Source of the DNA: Mesotaenium endlicherianum
Taxonomy: Eukaryota
Reading direction: 5' to 3'
NCBI GenBank assembly: GCA_009602735.1
Contig: WELA01003606.1
Location: 779,602-824,055 of the forward strand
Length of the DNA stretch: 44,454 bases
Every line of letters begins with the position of its first letter. Within the stretch, counting starts at the first letter, position 1. The translations under genes were made by a program, and so were the position numbers. A model generated the notes under the pieces. The model was not told where the DNA came from and did no database searches. It worked only from the letters and a program-made list of their open reading frames with translations. Below, piece by piece: positions 40,761-44,454 of this stretch.

Positions 40761-42044
40761 TCTGTTTTGACTTGGATTCCCAACTCTCTGCCCGAAAGAC
40801 GACTGAGCTATGACTATCTTCTGCCTGTCAAGTAGCTTAAGTGCCTCACACTGGAAACCTCACTCACGTATAAGAAAGTTCACGACTTGGACTACATACA
40901 AGAAGTCTCAATATTAGCACGCCGGTGCAAGCTGGTAGCTCACAGATACATATCCAACTGGAGCCCCGCACTTTCTTATACCTGCTTCCAGCCTGCATGT
41001 GCTTCCACAAGACAGGATATATACTGGAAAAGCTGTAAAAACAGGACGTAGCGGGCTTGATCGGGCTTGATTGGACTCGATGGTCAGCGTTGGTGTTTCG
41101 TGTTTGCCTGGGCTCTCAGCCTGCCTGGTCTGTGGCAGGCAATGACAGGCCTATGATAAATGCGCGTCGTGAACCTTGGATCGCGGTCAGTGCTCTGTCG
41201 TCTGCCTAGACTAGTCGACAACTTTCTTAAGGATACAAGGTTGATTGCCTGCTGGAAATTATTGAAAGTCGTTGAAAATCGTGAGATCCACTGTGTATTG
41301 TCCTTCTGTTTGCCCAAATTCGCCATTATGGATCGCCGACGACAAAAGCTACTAATAAGTGCACCAGATGCTCCGCGGCGTGTAAACAGAGCTCCACTAA
41401 AAGAGACTGGACTGAACTGCACTAGAAGGCGTTGAAATTTGACAGGCACCCACGTTGAGGAAGTCTAGCGTTCTGCACATGTGACATATCGCGCACAACC
41501 TGCTTCAAAGTTCACCCTGCACTACGTCATCGCTAAATTGGAATAAATGGCCAGCTTCGCACTCGTCCAAATACTTTTTACTCTAATCAGCAGGCCTAAT
41601 ATGTAGTATAATTTGCACTTGTTTTTTCTTTCCTAGTATCATGCCGGAGAAGACGCTTCGGTATGAATTGGCATGGATCTTCACATCGAGCAACAGGAAG
41701 GGACACAAGAGGGACATGAAGCAACCTTGAGATCCCAATGTCCCGAGTTCCACAACTCGTGCAGTTCCCAAGATCCCACTTCAGCATCAAGCAGACACCA
41801 CCGGATCAGGGTCCAGCAGGCTAGCATATGTGGAGACCAGCACGTGAAAGTGGGAAAACCTGAAACAAAAACGACCTGGCTGGATGCTGAGTAGCCCTTC
41901 AAGATTTTCACCCACTTTCACCTGTTCGCAGCAGGTTCGCAGTATTTCCCAGCTTCACTCTTGCTCATTTACCACTTCAAGCCACTCAAGAGTCAAATAG
42001 TAAATACCACTTCATACTGCTTCATCATGCTTCATACTCATCAT

Positions 42045-42277
42045 AGGGGGGAAACTGGCGCTAATGTTTTCGATTTTTAAATTTAGGTCCCTAAAATTTT
42101 GAATTCTATCACTAATTTTCCCAAGTTTGATTTCAGGTCGCTAATGACAGGTATTTATTTGATTAAAGTGCTCTAATTCACTGTACCAAATTTGAGATTT
42201 TGATTTCAGGTCGTTAGTTTTTATCTTTGAATTTTGGGCTCTGATATGCCCAAATTTTCGAGGGGAGTTCCCACCCC
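42045..42277. mobile_element. Possible small MITE/TIR relic
   Basis: AT-rich island starting GGGGGGAAACT and ending AGTTCCCACCCC, with internal repeats of the TTGATTTCAGGTCG / TTTAGGTCCCTAA type; no clear TSD. Confidence 0.3.
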
Positions 42278-43658
42278 ATGATACTCATAGTATCATACTT
42301 CCTGATACTTCCGACTCCCGAGTCACGAGAGTCGAGTCCACTCGAGTCTTGGCTCTCGAGACTCTCAATTAGTAAGTTGTCAAACCTAGTCAACTACGTG
42401 TTTCCACCGTCGCGGTTGATCATTCATTGCAATCCAAAGTCGGTGAAGACAAAACGATGTCTTAATACGACACCAGTAGTTGTTGCTAAGGGCTGTATTG
42501 GATCCAAAAGACGGGATCAGATCAGTTCAAAACAGAACAACTTACTGACACGCCCCGACAGGGTCCGACAAGCCCCTCCCCGATGGAGTCACGAGTGTAC
42601 ACGTCCTTGACTCCGGAGTCCGAACTCCGAAGTCCGGACCGCAGTCCGGACAAGCTGAAGTCAAGCGTCGGACGGGATTTACGACGCCGTTCAACAGCGA
42701 CTTGGAGCGACTTTCGTTCTTATTTCCGAAATTGAGAAAAGCCTGTGCACGCCCAATCCCCCGTGCCACCCCATGCCACCCCATGCCACCCCATGCGGCT
42801 CCATTGTGCTGCAAACACGATTAAAATCTCGATGGGCATATTGATGGGCATTGGTGCAGTCACTTCTACAGAACACTGGCTACAGGGAAGAGTCAGATCA
42901 ATGTCACATCGTCCAATTAAGGGGAGCTGCATGTAGCTTTCACCTCAAGTTAAGACCTGCAAGACAGGCCTACAGGTTACCCTTGGGCAGCCCACTTTGA
43001 CAGTTTCAGCCACAAGATCAGGTTCGAGATTAATTCCCGGCTTTACGATTCAGGAAGCAAGCCGCCGGGGCCTCTTCGTCTCGTTCTCCTGCACGATCGC
43101 ATAGCTACATTCTTCTTCTTCAAGCAGACGCACACATTGTTACAGGGTACGCGCATCAGCGTATTATGAGTGATGGCGTACAAGAAGCAGCTAATTTAGA
43201 GCTGGGGCTGGCAACGTGGCTGATTCCTAGTCGTTAACAAGTAGGTTCTGCCAAGCTGGGACTTAGGCTGGGAGAATATTCGTTGGGAAGGCTTCTACCT
43301 GGGAAGCGCATTTCATGATAAGTGTCGGAAGGGGCTCAGGAGAGTGAGAGGCAATATTCAAGTGTCACCCTCTCGGTGCCCCTTTGGTACAGAGTAGACA
43401 GCTGGCAGTCTGGAGGTGGAGCCACCTGGGCCTGAGCCTGACGTGTCGGTTGAAGTAGGTTGTAATTTCTTGTCACACTGCAAGAGACGCAGTTTCCCTA
43501 TTGCTGAAAAGAATCTCTTGGATATGTGCAAGTGCAACACCGGAGCCGCCTGGATCTGCCACCTGGCATCGGCCGGCACAGCCCACGTCAGCATCCACCT
43601 CAGCGCGCAAAGCGGAGCCTCTTCACCTCGTTCATTTTGTGCCAACCGATAGAGAGAG

Positions 43659-44243
43659 ATGGGACCGTCAGGCGTGCGGAGGGGGGCCGGCATTGCCCCC
43701 GCCACGCACGCGTCCCCTTCCTTTCCCTCTTCCTCCTCTGCCAAAGCTTCCTCCTCCACTTCTCCTCCTCCTGCTGATGCTGGTGCTGCTGGTCCTGCTG
43801 CTGCTGCTCCTCGTGACAGTCCCAATGCTATGGCAGCAGGAGGAGATGCCAGGGGGGTAGGCAGACAGAGGGAGATGGAGAGGGGAAGCGGCAACAGAAG
43901 AGAGGGAGGGAGGAAGGAGGAGAGGAAGGGCGAGAGGCAAGGGGAGGGGGGAAGGAAGGGTGAGGGGGAGGGAGAGGGGAGGAAGCTGCTATCTGAGGCA
44001 GCGGCTTTGCTGCAGCAGGGGAGAGCAGACACGGCGCTGGCAGTGTTGCAGCGATCTCGCGACACCTGTCAGGCCCTGAGGGGCTACGCGGAGGTGCTGG
44101 CAGTCGCCCAGGTGTGCCAGGTTGCGGGCTCTCCAGAAAGCCAGTGGTGCTCTTGCGGCAGCGGCGGCGGCAGGCATAACAAGGCGGGCGGCAGATCCGT
44201 ACCAGGTGGCAAGCGTGTGTTGGACTGTCACAAGATCCTCCAG
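43659..44243 (+). CDS. First coding exon of a probable plant DnaJ-domain protein (continues beyond the window)
   Basis: Open frame with helical segment LLSEAAALLQQGRADTAL...LRGYAEVLAVAQV, ending LDCHKILQ|gtaggc, similar to the DWYxILQ start of J-domains. The HPD motif is not in the window and the start codon is uncertain. Confidence 0.5.
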
Positions 44244-44454
44244 GTAGGCTGATTGCTCCGCCGCCCATACCCCGCCGCCCGTTGTTCCCGCCGCCCAGCC
44301 CCGTCCCTGTCCCTGTCCCGCCCTTTTCCTCCCCTCCCTTCGTCCCTAAGACCTTTCCTGACGTTAACCCCTCTACTCCCCCTCCTACGAATCTCTCATT
44401 GAACACGTGCAAGCCCCCCCCCTTCTCCCCCCCTCCCCTTTTCCCTCTCCCCAC

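Overview
Eukaryotic, intron-rich draft scaffold with several N gaps. The gene families (EXORDIUM/PHI-1, 72-nt plant-type LRR exons, chromodomain Ty3/gypsy element) point to a plant-lineage genome, possibly a streptophyte alga (inference). Bases 1-11.3 kb are a nest of LTR retrotransposons: two truncated minus-strand elements and one full-length but dead chromovirus (3157-11285, TSD GATTT) carrying two solo-LTR insertions. A long-TIR foldback/MULE-like relic follows at about 12.5-13.4 kb. The most interesting locus is a plus-strand multi-exon gene at about 15.6-27.1 kb. By hand-splicing it reads: decayed signal peptide/LRR cap, LRRs, Cys-rich/EGF, Pro-rich linker, papain (C1A) protease with intact Q/C/H/N residues and no I29 prodomain, two EGF domains and four Cys-containing LysM domains. 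Downstream are a probably disrupted ATG27/M6PR-like gene (minus), an EXORDIUM gene with an extra crystallin-like C-terminal domain (minus) and the first exon of a probable DnaJ gene (plus). All gene models were spliced by eye and no searches were run.
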